A DNA stretch of 64,000 nucleotides from Candidatus Fimadaptatus sp. (GCA_050946055.1 JBMNUB010000002.1:97338-161337); one strand, 5' to 3'; counted from the first letter of the stretch, positions 20,618 through 31,109 are shown. Notes: generated by a model from the sequence alone, not told the origin. Numbers and translations are program-made.

Positions 20618-22012
20618 GTGATAGATCACGAGAACGACATCAATAACTACGCCTCAATCATAGTTGTCGGCGTAGGCGGCGCGGGCAACAACGCCGTAAA
20701 CCGCATGATAGATTCCGGGCTGCGCGGCGTAAAGTTCGTGGCCGTAAATACGGACAAGCAGGCGCTTATGCGCTGCAACGCCGAGACCAAGATACAGATA
20801 GGCGAAAAGCTCACCAAGGGTCTGGGCGCAGGCTCCAAGCCCGAGATAGGCAAAAAGTCCGCCGAGGAGAGCCAGGAGGAGATAAAGAAGGTAATAGAGG
20901 GCGCGGATTTGCTCTTTGTCACCTGCGGCATGGGCGGCGGCACCGGCACCGGCGCTACCCCCGTAATAGCGGATCTGGCGCGCTCCATGGGCGTACTGAC
21001 CATAGGCGTAGTCTCCAAGCCCTTCGGCTTTGAGGGCAAGCGCCGCATGCTCAATGCCGATCAGGGCATCTCTCAGCTCAAGACCTGCGTGGACACGCTG
21101 GTTGTCGTGCCTAACGACAAACTGCTCACCGTTGTCAGCAAGGCCACCTCGATGCTGGATGCCTTCCGCATCGCCGATGACATACTGCGCCAAGGTATCG
21201 CCGGCATATCCGACCTCATTGCCGTACCCTCGCTCATCAACCTTGACTTTGCGGATGTGCGCACGGTCATGGAGTCCCGCGGCTTGGCTCATATGGGCAT
21301 AGGCGTGGGCCATGGCGAGGACAAGCTCCTGCAGGCTGCCAAGCAGGCTGTGGCCTCTCCGCTGCTGGAGACCTCGATAGACGGCGCGCGCGCTGTGCTG
21401 ATAAACATAACCGGCGGCGCGGACATGAGCATAATCGACATAAACGAGGCCGTAAACCACATAACCGAGGCCTCCGATGCCGAAGCCAACATCATATTCG
21501 GCGCGGGCGTGGACGAGTCCCTTGAGGATGAGGTCCGCATAACCGTCATCGCTACCGGCTTTGAGAAGCCCAGCGAGGACAATTCGCCCCGCGTGGAGGA
21601 GCCGATAGAGACCGTCGAGGAGAAGCCCGCCCCCGCCGAGGAGCCCAGCCCCGAGCAGGCTGAGATACTCAAGCAGCTGCGCGGCGAACCCGCCCGTCCC
21701 GCCGACGAGGAGCCCAAGATACCCACCTTCGTGCGCACGCCCACGCGCCCGCCCAAGGCGGATACCTATGTCCCGCAGCAGCGCGACGAGCGAGACGCCT
21801 ATCAGCGCGATGTGCGTCCCGACTATACCCGCGAGCCCTCCGACTATGACCGCGACCGCGACTATCGCCCCGCAACTCCGCGCTACGGCGATTCCTCGCC
21901 TATATTCCGCGATCAGGAGAGCGATTCGGGCTATCGCCGCGAGAGCGACAACCGCCGCGGCTACAACTCGGACGTACCCGCCTTCCTGCGCAAGTCGCAA
22001 AACAGAAAGTGA
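20618..22012 (+). CDS. ftsZ: Cell-division GTPase FtsZ with a long disordered linker and conserved C-terminal peptide
   Basis: GGGTGTG tubulin signature, NTD-CTD fold, C-terminal DVPAFLRK peptide. About 130-aa R/D/Y-rich linker. GAGGGGGAT RBS before the GTG at 20618 (track ORF starts at 20585). Confidence 0.95.
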   Translation: MIDHENDINNYASIIVVGVGGAGNNAVNRMIDSGLRGVKFVAVNTDKQALMRCNAETKIQIGEKLTKGLGAGSKPEIGKKSAEESQEEIKKVIEGADLLFVTCGMGGGTGTGATPVIADLARSMGVLTIGVVSKPFGFEGKRRMLNADQGISQLKTCVDTLVVVPNDKLLTVVSKATSMLDAFRIADDILRQGIAGISDLIAVPSLINLDFADVRTVMESRGLAHMGIGVGHGEDKLLQAAKQAVASPLLETSIDGARAVLINITGGADMSIIDINEAVNHITEASDAEANIIFGAGVDESLEDEVRITVIATGFEKPSEDNSPRVEEPIETVEEKPAPAEEPSPEQAEILKQLRGEPARPADEEPKIPTFVRTPTRPPKADTYVPQQRDERDAYQRDVRPDYTREPSDYDRDRDYRPATPRYGDSSPIFRDQESDSGYRRESDNRRGYNSDVPAFLRKSQNRK

Positions 22013-22024
22013 TAAACGTTTGCC

Positions 22025-22058
22025 CACAGGGCGGTTCTGCGCGAGCCGCTCTGTTTTT
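22025..22058 (+). terminator. Probable rho-independent terminator after ftsZ
   Basis: Imperfect GC-rich stem (CAGGGCGG…CCGCTCTG) followed by a 7-nt T-run. Confidence 0.45.
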
Positions 22059-22119
22059 TTGCAGGGCAGATTGATGCGCGGGCGCTTGTAAGGGAGCTTG
22101 CGCATGTGACGGCAAAGCG

Positions 22120-22335
22120 CACCGGCATTCGGCCGGCATGATCAAGCGTCAAAGCCGCGTGACGCGCAGGCATGGCCGCAACGACTGCCGTGTGCGCAAG
22201 GTCATGTGCATGCAGGACTGCAAGCCTCAGACGCCCCTGCGGCATTCGGTCGGCATGGTCAAGCGCCGAAGCTGCCGTGCGCGCAGGCATGGCCGCAACG
22301 ACTGCCGGCATGGGCAAGCTGTGCGGACGGCTCGC
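22120..22335. repeat. About 119-bp direct repeat, two copies, in the ftsZ-pfkB intergenic region
   Basis: GGCATTCGG(C/T)CGGCATG(A/G)TCAAGCG…CGCGCAGGCATGGCCGCAACGACTGCCG is repeated with a period of about 119 bp. Confidence 0.8.
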
Positions 22336-22401
22336 GGCGCAGACAGGCACGACCGATAAATAGAACGATAAACGCGCAACAGCGCAGAGGGAGCAGATAT
22401 C

Positions 22402-23334
22402 ATGATAAACTGCGTATGTATGAACCCGGCTATGGACAGGACTGTGGAGCTGGATGGATTCGCCTATGGCGGGCTTAACCGCGTGCAGCGCTCAATAATG
22501 GACGCAACCGGCAAGGCGGTCAACGTGGCCATAGTGCTGAGCAGGCTGGGCGAGCAGGTGCGCCTGACCGGCGTAAACTACCGTGAGGGCGGCAAAGCGG
22601 TCTGCGACAGGCTCACCGCCGAGGGTGTGGACGGCGACTTCATCTGGCTGGCCGGGTCGCTGCGCGTGAACCTCAAGGCGCTGGACATGCGCACCGGCGT
22701 CATGACCGAGATAAACGACGCGGGCGCGCCCATGCCGCCCGAAGCGGCGCGCGAGGCGCTGGAACTGATACACAAGCGCTCTGTGGGCTGCGACTACGTG
22801 GCGCTGTGCGGCAGCCTGCCCACGGGCGTGAGCGCGGGATTTTACAGAAGCGCCATAGAGAACGGCCCGGAAGGCGCACGCTTCGTGCTGGACTGCGACG
22901 GCGAGCGCCTGACCGAGGGCATAAAGGCCAGACCCTTCCTGATAAAGCCCAACAGGTACGAGCTGGGGCTGCTGTTCGGCAGGGAACTGCGCGATGGCGG
23001 CGAGGTGCTGGCCTGTGCGCGAGAGATAGCGCGGCAGGGCGTAAAGTGGGTCGTGGTATCGCTGGGCAGCGAGGGCGCGCTGATAACCAGCGCGGATGAG
23101 GCATGGTATGCTTCGTCGCTAGACGTGCCGGTAAGCTCCACCGTGGGAGCGGGCGATTCCATGGTTGCGGGCCTGCTGCATGGCTTTGCCATGGGCGGCG
23201 ATGCGGCGCAGGCGCTGCGCTGGGGCGTGGCCTGCGGCAATGCCAGCGTCATGACCGAAGGCACCAGCCTCATAGACAGCGAGGCTCTGCCCATGCTGCT
23301 TAGCAAGGTCAAGTGCGAGAAAATTGCCATGTGA
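22402..23334 (+). CDS. PfkB-family carbohydrate kinase (1-phosphofructokinase/tagatose-6-phosphate kinase-like)
   Basis: LacC/FruK-type N-terminus (MINCVCMNPAMDRT) and PfkB signature 2 (GAGDSMVAG). AGAGGGAG RBS. Confidence 0.8.
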   Translation: MINCVCMNPAMDRTVELDGFAYGGLNRVQRSIMDATGKAVNVAIVLSRLGEQVRLTGVNYREGGKAVCDRLTAEGVDGDFIWLAGSLRVNLKALDMRTGVMTEINDAGAPMPPEAAREALELIHKRSVGCDYVALCGSLPTGVSAGFYRSAIENGPEGARFVLDCDGERLTEGIKARPFLIKPNRYELGLLFGRELRDGGEVLACAREIARQGVKWVVVSLGSEGALITSADEAWYASSLDVPVSSTVGAGDSMVAGLLHGFAMGGDAAQALRWGVACGNASVMTEGTSLIDSEALPMLLSKVKCEKIAM

Positions 23335-23773
23335 TGCGGCGGGCGGCGCTCAGGCGCATGTACTCTGCGCGCTAAAGCCGCCGGACCCCGCGGATAGCAC
23401 GGCCCTCTCGAACTCAAGCGCGCCCCAAAACTGTGCGGCGGGCAATCCTGCTTTCCGGGCAGGGCATCATCCTTTTCGACTTTTGCGCCCGGATATCCGC
23501 AAGGATTTGGGCGACGCTGGAATGGGTGCAGCGGCGGGAGCTTTTCCTTACTTTGGCCTATACAGAGACTCTTTTGCATGAATGAGTGCGCGCGGATGTT
23601 CTGCGCGCACTTTTGCGCTGCGGGCTGCGCATTTGTGTTCCATATGTGACATTTCAGACATCAAAAGCGGGCGAATGAACCAAGTGGATTGATTTTCAGC
23701 GAGTTTCTGATATAATGAAACATAGATGGCGAGAGCCATTCTAGGGCATAAACAGAACACAAGGGGGAGAACT

Positions 23774-25546
23774 ATGAAGAAGTCTTTTGCAAGCCGCATT
23801 ATGGCGCTGCTCATGACTGTCATGATGCTGCTGCCCATGGCTGCGCAGGCCGATGAAGAAAAGGCCATGTATACCGAGATAGGCGTAAGCGACGTGGTAG
23901 TGAACTACATGGGCACGGAGCTGGACTTTACCGGGCTGGAGCTAAAGCTCCTTGGCGGTGTTGATGCCGAGAACAAGGCGGCGATATTCGGCGGCATACT
24001 TGGCACGCCGGACACCAACGCCAGCCTTGCCGTGGAGATGGGCGAGAAGGAAATGACCATGCTGCTGTTCAATCAGCTGATCAAGCTGCCCTACGACAAG
24101 ATAGGCGAGTTTATGCTCAAGACCGGCGCGACCGAGGAGGACGTAGAGGCGTTCGAGGCCGCGGGCGGCATCGAGATGATAAACAAGATGTGGACGGCCA
24201 TGGCCAGCTCGGAGGAAGACGGCAAGCTTGAGGCGATAGTCGAGCAGCTGGGCAAATCTGTAAACGAAAAGCTTATCGCCATAGATGAGGAGTACCTCGG
24301 CGACTTCGCGCCCGAAGAAGCCGAGTTCGAGGTCAACGGCGAAAAGTATGAGGGCAACAAGGTCACAATAGCTCTCAATGCCGAAAAAGGCACTGAGTAT
24401 ATATCGACTATAATGGATGCCATGTACGGCTCGGATGAGATGAAGTCGCTCATAACCGCCGTTTATGCTCCGTTTGATGGCGTTATGGCCGCAAGCGGCG
24501 AGGAAGTATCCATGACGGACATGGTAACGGGCATGATGGATGCCATGAGGCAGGTAAAGCTGCCTGACGGACTTAAGCTCGATATTTATGCCGCCCAGGA
24601 TGGCGACAAGATAGTGGGAAAATATGTCTTAAATAAGATGACCATCGACATGCGCGATTACATGCTCGAAGTCTACAAGAGCATGAACGAGCAGCTGGAT
24701 GAAGAAGATATCGATGTAGAGTCGTTTGAGGAAGCGCTGGCCGTATTTGACGTTGAAGTTAGCATGGACATTGTCGGCGAAAGCGAGGATGAAGTGCTGA
24801 CGGATGACGAAGTGGAATACACGAGCTTTGACGCAAGCATGTACATGCACGAGGTAGAAGCCCCCTTCATGAACATGTACGTAACTCTGGACAACACCGT
24901 GGACGATGGCGGCAAGTTCAACATTGCCATGACCATCGACCCCGAGGGCATGGACGGGACCGGCATAGCGCAGACCATATCGCTGACTGCCGACTGGAGC
25001 GACAAGGATGACGATTCCGCCCTGAACGCCGCCTTTGAACTCTACGAAGGTGATGCGCCCGCCATGTCCATGAATCTGGAAGTCAAGCGCAGCGAGCAGG
25101 ACAAGGGTGCCGAGGGCAGCGTGGTGCTGAACGTGACCGAGGGCGAGAGCGAGCCCATGCGCGCGTTCGGCCTGGAGTACAGCTGTGACCACAGCGACGA
25201 TGACGATGCCGAGAAGCACGAGGTAGTGTTTGCCGCCGACATCGCAGACGAGATGCTCACCATGAGCGGCGTTGCCACCTACGACAGCGTGCCAATGACG
25301 AGCGAGCATCTGATGACCACCAGCGACGCTGAGGCTCTCGACCTGTCCGAGGCTACCGATGAGCAGATGCAGCAGCTGATGATGAACGCTCAGTACGGCG
25401 TGATGGGTCTTGTTAACAGCGCCATGGACATACCCGGCGTTATGGCGCTGCTCATGCCCGCCGATACCGATGTGAGCATCGATGGCGTAGAGATACCCAG
25501 CGACATTGAGCTGCTGCCGGAGGAAGACGGCGCGGTTCAGGGCTAA
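23774..25546 (+). CDS. Secreted acidic protein of unknown function (signal peptide; D/E-rich)
   Basis: AAGGGGGAG RBS before the ATG at 23774 (track ORF starts at 23726). Signal peptide MKKSFASRIMALLMTVMMLLPMAAQA. No recognisable domain. Confidence 0.6.
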   Translation: MKKSFASRIMALLMTVMMLLPMAAQADEEKAMYTEIGVSDVVVNYMGTELDFTGLELKLLGGVDAENKAAIFGGILGTPDTNASLAVEMGEKEMTMLLFNQLIKLPYDKIGEFMLKTGATEEDVEAFEAAGGIEMINKMWTAMASSEEDGKLEAIVEQLGKSVNEKLIAIDEEYLGDFAPEEAEFEVNGEKYEGNKVTIALNAEKGTEYISTIMDAMYGSDEMKSLITAVYAPFDGVMAASGEEVSMTDMVTGMMDAMRQVKLPDGLKLDIYAAQDGDKIVGKYVLNKMTIDMRDYMLEVYKSMNEQLDEEDIDVESFEEALAVFDVEVSMDIVGESEDEVLTDDEVEYTSFDASMYMHEVEAPFMNMYVTLDNTVDDGGKFNIAMTIDPEGMDGTGIAQTISLTADWSDKDDDSALNAAFELYEGDAPAMSMNLEVKRSEQDKGAEGSVVLNVTEGESEPMRAFGLEYSCDHSDDDDAEKHEVVFAADIADEMLTMSGVATYDSVPMTSEHLMTTSDAEALDLSEATDEQMQQLMMNAQYGVMGLVNSAMDIPGVMALLMPADTDVSIDGVEIPSDIELLPEEDGAVQG

Positions 25547-25696
25547 GCGATATCCCGCCGAACAGCGATTAAAAATTGCCGCTCCCCAAGACGGGGGCGG
25601 CAATTTTTATGTTGACCAAGCCAATGGCCTGATTGCTACGGAAAAGCTCCGCGCCGCGCACAAGACAGGTTTTAAGACAAATGCGCCCTTGCAATG

Positions 25697-25935
25697 GCAA
25701 TCCCCGGCAATGGGATTGCCGCATACACGGCCATGCCGCGCTCGCCAATGCGGGGCGGCAATCCAGCTACGTTGCCACACATGGCTGCAAGCTAAACCGC
25801 TTAACGATGCGGGGGGGGCAATCCCCGGCAATGGGCTTGCCGCATACACGGCCATGCTGCGCTCGCCAATGCGGGGCGGCAATCCAGCTACGTTGCAACA
25901 AATAGCTGCAAGCTCAGCCGCTTAACGATGCGGGG
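25697..25935. repeat. About 120-bp direct repeat, two copies, with an internal hairpin
   Basis: GCAATCCCCGGCAATGGG(A/C)TTGCCGCATACACGGCCATGC…GCGGGGCGGCAATCCAGCTACGTTGC…CCGCTTAACGATGCGGGG repeats at about 25697 and 25817. The internal hairpin is GGCAATCCC/GGGATTGCC. Confidence 0.8.
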
Positions 25936-26000
25936 AGCAATCTTGCGAGTGAGTACTCCGGCATGTGCGCGCATGCCGCTTGTACTGCGCAATGCGCAAG

Positions 26001-26627
26001 TCACCTTGCGGGCTGCATGAGCGTCACACCTGCGGGCAGCGTGGCCATGTCCACATGGCTCCCGGCATCATGCCATTGCTCCATTATGCGCAGGAACTCG
26101 TCCGGGCTGGCTATGTCCAGCTTCAGGTGGGGTACTTTGAAGTGCATGGGTACTACCGCGCGGGGAGCTATGGCGCGCACGGCCTGAGCCGCGCCTGCCG
26201 CGTCCAGCGTGTACGTGCCGCCTATGGGCAGCATCAGCACATCCACGCCCCTTAGCCTGTCCAGCAGCTCGCCCTCGGGCTGATGGCCTATGTCGCCCAT
26301 GTGGCAGATGCGCTTGCCCTGTATGGTGCATATGGTGACGAGATTCTCGCCGCGCTTTGCGCCGTGCACTTCGTCGTGATAGCTCCTGATTAGGCTGAAG
26401 TGGACATCGCCCTCGTCGTATTCACCGGCGTTGGCCAGCAGCCTGCCCGCGCCGTCCAGTGCCTTGACGCAGTTATGGTCGAAGTGGCCGTGGCTCAGCG
26501 TGGTCACAGTGGCGCCCACTGCGGGGCGCGCCAGTCCTATCGAGCCGTCGTATGGATCGGTCACCCAGCTAAAGCCGTTATCCAGCGACAGCCGGAAGCA
26601 TGCATGACCTATGTATTCAAGCTTCAT
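26001..26627 (-). CDS. MBL-fold metal-dependent hydrolase
   Basis: HGHFDH metallo-beta-lactamase motif plus downstream His/Asp ligands. Confidence 0.75.
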   Translation of the reverse strand: MKLEYIGHACFRLSLDNGFSWVTDPYDGSIGLARPAVGATVTTLSHGHFDHNCVKALDGAGRLLANAGEYDEGDVHFSLIRSYHDEVHGAKRGENLVTICTIQGKRICHMGDIGHQPEGELLDRLRGVDVLMLPIGGTYTLDAAGAAQAVRAIAPRAVVPMHFKVPHLKLDIASPDEFLRIMEQWHDAGSHVDMATLPAGVTLMQPAR

Positions 26628-27153
26628 ATTTCATCCCTCCCATGGCGATTATGTATGCGCAGGCGCGCAGCGCGCCGCCGGGCGTTCCCGCGCGCAGCGA
26701 GCGCGCAGCTTCCTGCCGCACAGTCATTATGTATGCGCGCTTCTCCTGCTGCGTAGCCGGCCCTTCGGCAAGGCGCAGCCCGCGCGCGATTAGCGGCATG
26801 TGCCGGGGAGCTATGCCCTTGGGCAGGCGCTCAAACTCGCGCAGCAGCGCGGCCTGCTCATGGCACATGCTGCCCGGCGCACAGGCAGCGGCTATGTCCT
26901 GCGCCGCACATCCGCCGGAAGCTAGCGACTCCAGCGCGCGTGTCAGCGCGGGAGCGGCCCGAAGTATGGTCATGCCGCCCATTGGCACGGCTTCCATGCC
27001 CAGCGCATCCAGCACCGCCTCGACGTGGCGCGCGTCGGCATCGGGCGCAAATCTGGCTATGAACAGCGCCGCATCGTCAGCGCCGCGCGCCCGCGCCACG
27101 CGCAGCGACAGCAGATCGCCGCCCAGGCGCGCCTTAAGCGCATCCTTCAGCAT
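26617..27153 (-). CDS. Hypothetical protein (middle gene of a three-gene overlapping operon)
   Basis: Overlaps the downstream MBL gene by 11 nt and the upstream DUF1934 gene by 7 nt. No recognised motif. Confidence 0.5.
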   Translation of the reverse strand: MLKDALKARLGGDLLSLRVARARGADDAALFIARFAPDADARHVEAVLDALGMEAVPMGGMTILRAAPALTRALESLASGGCAAQDIAAACAPGSMCHEQAALLREFERLPKGIAPRHMPLIARGLRLAEGPATQQEKRAYIMTVRQEAARSLRAGTPGGALRACAYIIAMGGMKYEA

Positions 27154-27635
27154 AGCGCGTAGCTGACCATCAGGTGATTGTCGCTCATAAGCTCTCCGCC
27201 GCTCATCAGGCGATAGGCTATGCGCAGTATGCCGCGCTCAGGGCCTTGCTTGAGGTCGAGCGACAGGCACATGACGCTCATGTCAAATGCGCCCTCGGGC
27301 ATTATATACATGGCCTCCAGCACCTTGCCCGGCACGAAGTCCATGCGGCTCATGGTCTCGCCGTCGCGCTCCATGCGCGCATGCCCGCCCTCGCAGGTCA
27401 GCCGCACATGCGCGGCGGGTTCTGTCTCGTCGTATTCCAGCGCAAAGCCGTCGTCCAGCGCGGCAAAGCTGCCCGCGTATTCGCGCCGTATCATCTCAGG
27501 CGCGCCATCGCCGTTGTCCACGCGCCCGGTTACGGTCACGCGCGCCCTCTGCGTATCGATAGTCACAAGAGCACCTCCTCGTTTGCAACAATTATAGCGC
27601 ATGAATAGCCCTCGTGTAAAGTGCGGCGTTGTCAT
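27147..27635 (-). CDS. DUF1934/YwiB-like beta-barrel protein
   Basis: Length and pattern resemble the YwiB family (…TVTGRVDNGD…LEYDE…). Confidence 0.5.
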   Translation of the reverse strand: MTTPHFTRGLFMRYNCCKRGGALVTIDTQRARVTVTGRVDNGDGAPEMIRREYAGSFAALDDGFALEYDETEPAAHVRLTCEGGHARMERDGETMSRMDFVPGKVLEAMYIMPEGAFDMSVMCLSLDLKQGPERGILRIAYRLMSGGELMSDNHLMVSYALC

Positions 27636-27833
27636 GCTCCCGACTGTGCGCTCATGTCATGCCGCAAAGCGCGCCTTGGCAATAGCGCTTCGCCCGGCGG
27701 CGGGGATGCGATGCACGTGGGACTGTGCGTGGTGCGCAACGGCAATCGAACATGGCGCGGCAATAAATGTGCATGAACTGTGTATATACCGCCGCCATGT
27801 GGCAATGCTAGCATCATGTGGAGGCTGATGTGT

Positions 27834-28670
27834 ATGAAGATGATCAAGAGGCTGTTTGTGAGTCTGGCGGTGTTGGGCATAGCCCTGATGTGCATAGGCG
27901 CGGCGCTGGGCGAGTTTGGCAAAGGAGAGACGCGCGTGCAGGCGCAGCACAGCGCAAGCGAGCGGCGCAGGGAACAGCTTACCGATGCGCTTGATAAGGG
28001 CGAACTTATACGCCTGCACATAGTGGCAAGCGACGACTCCGACAAGGCGCAGCGCGACAAGCTGTGCGTGCGCGACGCGCTGCTGGCGGCATACGGCGAC
28101 AGGCTGTCGGATATGGAGGACAGGGAGCATACCATTGAATTTTTGCGCGGCGAACTGGACAACATAGAGACATTGGCATCAAGCGTGCTGGCGGCGCGCG
28201 GCGCGGCTGCGGACGTGCGCGCCAGCATGGGTGAGCGCGAGTTCCCGTACAGGGAGTACGAGGGTGTGAGCGTGCCGGCCGGGCGGTATATGGCGCTGCA
28301 CATAGAGCTGGGCGCGGGTCAGGGGCGCAACTGGTGGTGCGTGATATACCCGGCGCTGTGCGCGCCCGTGCCGGACATGCCGCTGCCGGATGCCGGGTAT
28401 GGCGCGACGGGTTCGGCGGCGCATGAGATGGGCGATGGCTTGAGTGCGGGCGATGCTTCGGATGTGAGCGATGCTTCTGGAGCGGGCGATGCTTTGGTCA
28501 TGGGCAATGCTTCAGGCGATGCAAACGCTCTGAATGCTGGCGACGCTTCAACGTCAGCCGGTGCCGCGCACGCAAGCGATGCTCCCGTGGATGAAGCACA
28601 TGCCGCGCGCGGCGGCATCGTGTTTTACAGCGCGATATGGGATTGGCTGCGCGACGCGCTGGGGCTGTAA
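27834..28670 (+). CDS. spoIIR: Stage II sporulation protein R (SpoIIR) with a low-complexity GDAS-repeat insertion
   Basis: Signal/TM segment, then SpoIIR signatures LIRLHIVASDDSDKAQRDKLCVRDALL and GQGRNWWCVIYPALC. GGAGG RBS before the ATG at 27834 (track ORF starts at 27780). Confidence 0.85.
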   Translation: MKMIKRLFVSLAVLGIALMCIGAALGEFGKGETRVQAQHSASERRREQLTDALDKGELIRLHIVASDDSDKAQRDKLCVRDALLAAYGDRLSDMEDREHTIEFLRGELDNIETLASSVLAARGAAADVRASMGEREFPYREYEGVSVPAGRYMALHIELGAGQGRNWWCVIYPALCAPVPDMPLPDAGYGATGSAAHEMGDGLSAGDASDVSDASGAGDALVMGNASGDANALNAGDASTSAGAAHASDAPVDEAHAARGGIVFYSAIWDWLRDALGL

Positions 28671-28681
28671 AGGAGGACGCA

Positions 28682-29365
28682 ATGAGATTCAAGCGGGCTA
28701 TGTGCCTTGTGCTGTGCGCGGTGCTTATGCTGGCCATGGTGCCGGTGGGCTATGCTGCTGTCAGCGTAGGGCCGGGCGACAGGGGCGAAAACGTCAAGAA
28801 GATACAGCGCAGGCTGATACAGTACGACTACATGGAGGGCAGCGCCGACGGCGTATACGGCGAAAAGACACGTCAGGCCGTGATAAAGTTCCAGCGCAAG
28901 TATGGGTTGAATGCCGACGGCGTGGTGGGCCCGGCTACGGCGGCCAAGCTGGGCGTGAGCCTGTCGGGCGGCGCGGTCAAGGCATCGTCCACGGCGACGT
29001 CGGACGGTCAGACTTCCGGCGACGTGAACCTGCTGGCGCGGCTGGTATATGCCGAGGCGCGCGGCGAGCCTTACAAGGGGCAGGTGGCCGTGGCAGCGGT
29101 GGTGCTCAACCGCGTGCGCTCATCGCAGTTCCCCAACACCATAGCGGGCGTGATATACCAGAAGAACGCCTTCACCTGCGTAAACGACGGCCAGATAAAC
29201 CTGACCCCCAACGCCGAGAGCAGGCGCGCGGCACAGGATGCGCTGAACGGCTGGGATCCATCGGGCGGCTGCCTGTACTACTACAACCCCAAGACCGCCT
29301 CGGACAAGTGGATATTCAGCAGGACTACGGTTACGGTCATAGGCAACCACAGATTCGCGGTGTGA
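28682..29365 (+). CDS. sleB: Spore cortex-lytic enzyme SleB/CwlJ family (PG_binding_1 plus Hydrolase_2 domains)
   Basis: Signal peptide, a peptidoglycan-binding repeat (YGEKTRQAVIKFQRKYGLNADGVVGPATAAKLG) and SleB catalytic-domain motifs (LLARLVYAEARGE…VVLNRV…FTCVNDGQ). AGGAGG RBS before the ATG at 28682 (track ORF starts at 28637). Confidence 0.85.
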   Translation: MRFKRAMCLVLCAVLMLAMVPVGYAAVSVGPGDRGENVKKIQRRLIQYDYMEGSADGVYGEKTRQAVIKFQRKYGLNADGVVGPATAAKLGVSLSGGAVKASSTATSDGQTSGDVNLLARLVYAEARGEPYKGQVAVAAVVLNRVRSSQFPNTIAGVIYQKNAFTCVNDGQINLTPNAESRRAAQDALNGWDPSGGCLYYYNPKTASDKWIFSRTTVTVIGNHRFAV

Positions 29366-29798
29366 GCGGAAATCGGTGCGCAGTAGCACAGTCTGGAGCA
29401 TTATGAGGATTGCGCGGGAAAGTTATTGCTTGTATAGCGGCAGAGTTACGCCTCAGCCGCCTGCGGCGACGGCTTTCCTCGCGCGTGCAACTGACTGCGT
29501 GTTGCCGCTCGCAAGGCAAGCTGGCCCCCACTTGCTGAAAGGCAAGGCTGAGCGAAGGGCAAGGCGTGGCCGGTTGAGCGGCTGAAGAAGGTCCCTCCGG
29601 GTACAATTTGCAGGAATGACGATTGGCCTTAAACGCAAGCGGCAATTTGCACGCATAGGGGCATTGGCGCGGCGGTGAAGGCGGGAGCGCAAGGCGTGCG
29701 CCGGGATAATGCGCGCGCTTGCGAGGATGCATGTGCATGGACATGACCGGCGCGCGGCGGCGGTGCGCATGCGACGATTATGACGGGAGGTGCATTGC

Positions 29799-31109
29799 GT
29801 GAAGCGGTGGCAATGGATATCGGGCGGCGTGCTGACGCTGGCGCTCATCGCGCTGGGCGTGGCGCTAGGCGCGCAGGGGCAAAAGCTTACTGATTACCGA
29901 AGCGAAGTCGCGGCCTATCGCGGTGAGCTGGATGCCATGTACAAGCGCTCGTGGTGGGACAGCATGGAGCGCCTGTCCGCGCTGGAGATAGAGCTGGAAA
30001 AGCTGATAATAAGCGACAGCCCCGAGGCGGCAGCGCTGCGCCTTAACAACATAGCGCGGCAGGCAGACGGGGCGGCGCAGGACCTTGCCTCGCTCCCGGC
30101 AGAGCGCGAGGGCATAGGCGCGGCTATGAAGTTCGTGAACCAGATCGCCGATTACAGCGCCGCGCTCAGCGAGGGCATAGCGCAGGACAGGCCCATATCT
30201 GACCCGGACGTGGAACAGCTCACCGCGATACAGGAGCGGCTCAGCGAGATGAACGCGATAATGTACGACATGGACGCGCTGGACAACTGGGCGGGGCGCG
30301 ACATGCCCGCGATAGACATGAGCGCCATAGCGCGCGACAACCTCAGCTACCCCACGCTCATATACGACGGCCCGTTCTCGGACGGCGAGCGCGGCGGATT
30401 CAAGGCGCTGGGCGAGGAGCGCATAGATGAAGCTAAGGCGCTGGAGATAGCCCGCCTGTACGCGGGCGGCGAGGCGAGGCTGACAGGCATGCCCTCCGCG
30501 CCCGTGCAGGGCTACGAAGTGGCCTGCGCAACCGGCATGGGCGACATAGAGCTGTTCATAAGCGAGATGGGCGGGCGCGTGCTGTACATGCTGCCCTCAT
30601 ATCAGATGGTGGAGCAGGAGGTCTTAAGCCCGCAGGCGCAGGACGTGCAGGGCGCGATAAGCATAGCCACCCAGTACCTACGCGACAGGGGCTTTGAGGG
30701 CATGACCGCCAACTATACCCAGCGTCTGGAGGGCGCGGTGGTGATAAACTTCACTGCCACTCAGGATGGCGTGACGCTCTATCCCGACCTTGTAAAGGTG
30801 CAAGTGTCGGGCGGGCGCGTGGTGGGGCTGGAGGCGGGCAACTACTGGCGCAATCACGTGCCGCGCCGCCTGCCCGAAGCCGAGCTGACCTATCAGCAGG
30901 CCATGGAATCGGTGAACAGCCGCCTGACCGTACACAGCGCGCGCATGGCGCTGATACCCACCGACAGAACAGACGGCCCGCTGCCGGGTGAAAGGCTGTG
31001 CTACGAATTCACCTGCTCGCTGGGACACAGCCGCTACATGGTATACATAGACGCGATAAGCGGGCTGGAGGCGTCCATACTCAAGCTGTATGCAAACGGC
31101 GCGGTGTGA
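29799..31109 (+). CDS. ypeB: Germination protein YpeB (PepSY-domain partner of SleB)
   Basis: N-terminal TM, long coiled region and C-terminal PepSY-like repeats. Lies downstream of sleB as in the Bacillus sleB-ypeB operon. GGGAGG RBS before the GTG at 29799 (track ORF starts at 29790). Confidence 0.75.
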   Translation: MKRWQWISGGVLTLALIALGVALGAQGQKLTDYRSEVAAYRGELDAMYKRSWWDSMERLSALEIELEKLIISDSPEAAALRLNNIARQADGAAQDLASLPAEREGIGAAMKFVNQIADYSAALSEGIAQDRPISDPDVEQLTAIQERLSEMNAIMYDMDALDNWAGRDMPAIDMSAIARDNLSYPTLIYDGPFSDGERGGFKALGEERIDEAKALEIARLYAGGEARLTGMPSAPVQGYEVACATGMGDIELFISEMGGRVLYMLPSYQMVEQEVLSPQAQDVQGAISIATQYLRDRGFEGMTANYTQRLEGAVVINFTATQDGVTLYPDLVKVQVSGGRVVGLEAGNYWRNHVPRRLPEAELTYQQAMESVNSRLTVHSARMALIPTDRTDGPLPGERLCYEFTCSLGHSRYMVYIDAISGLEASILKLYANGAV

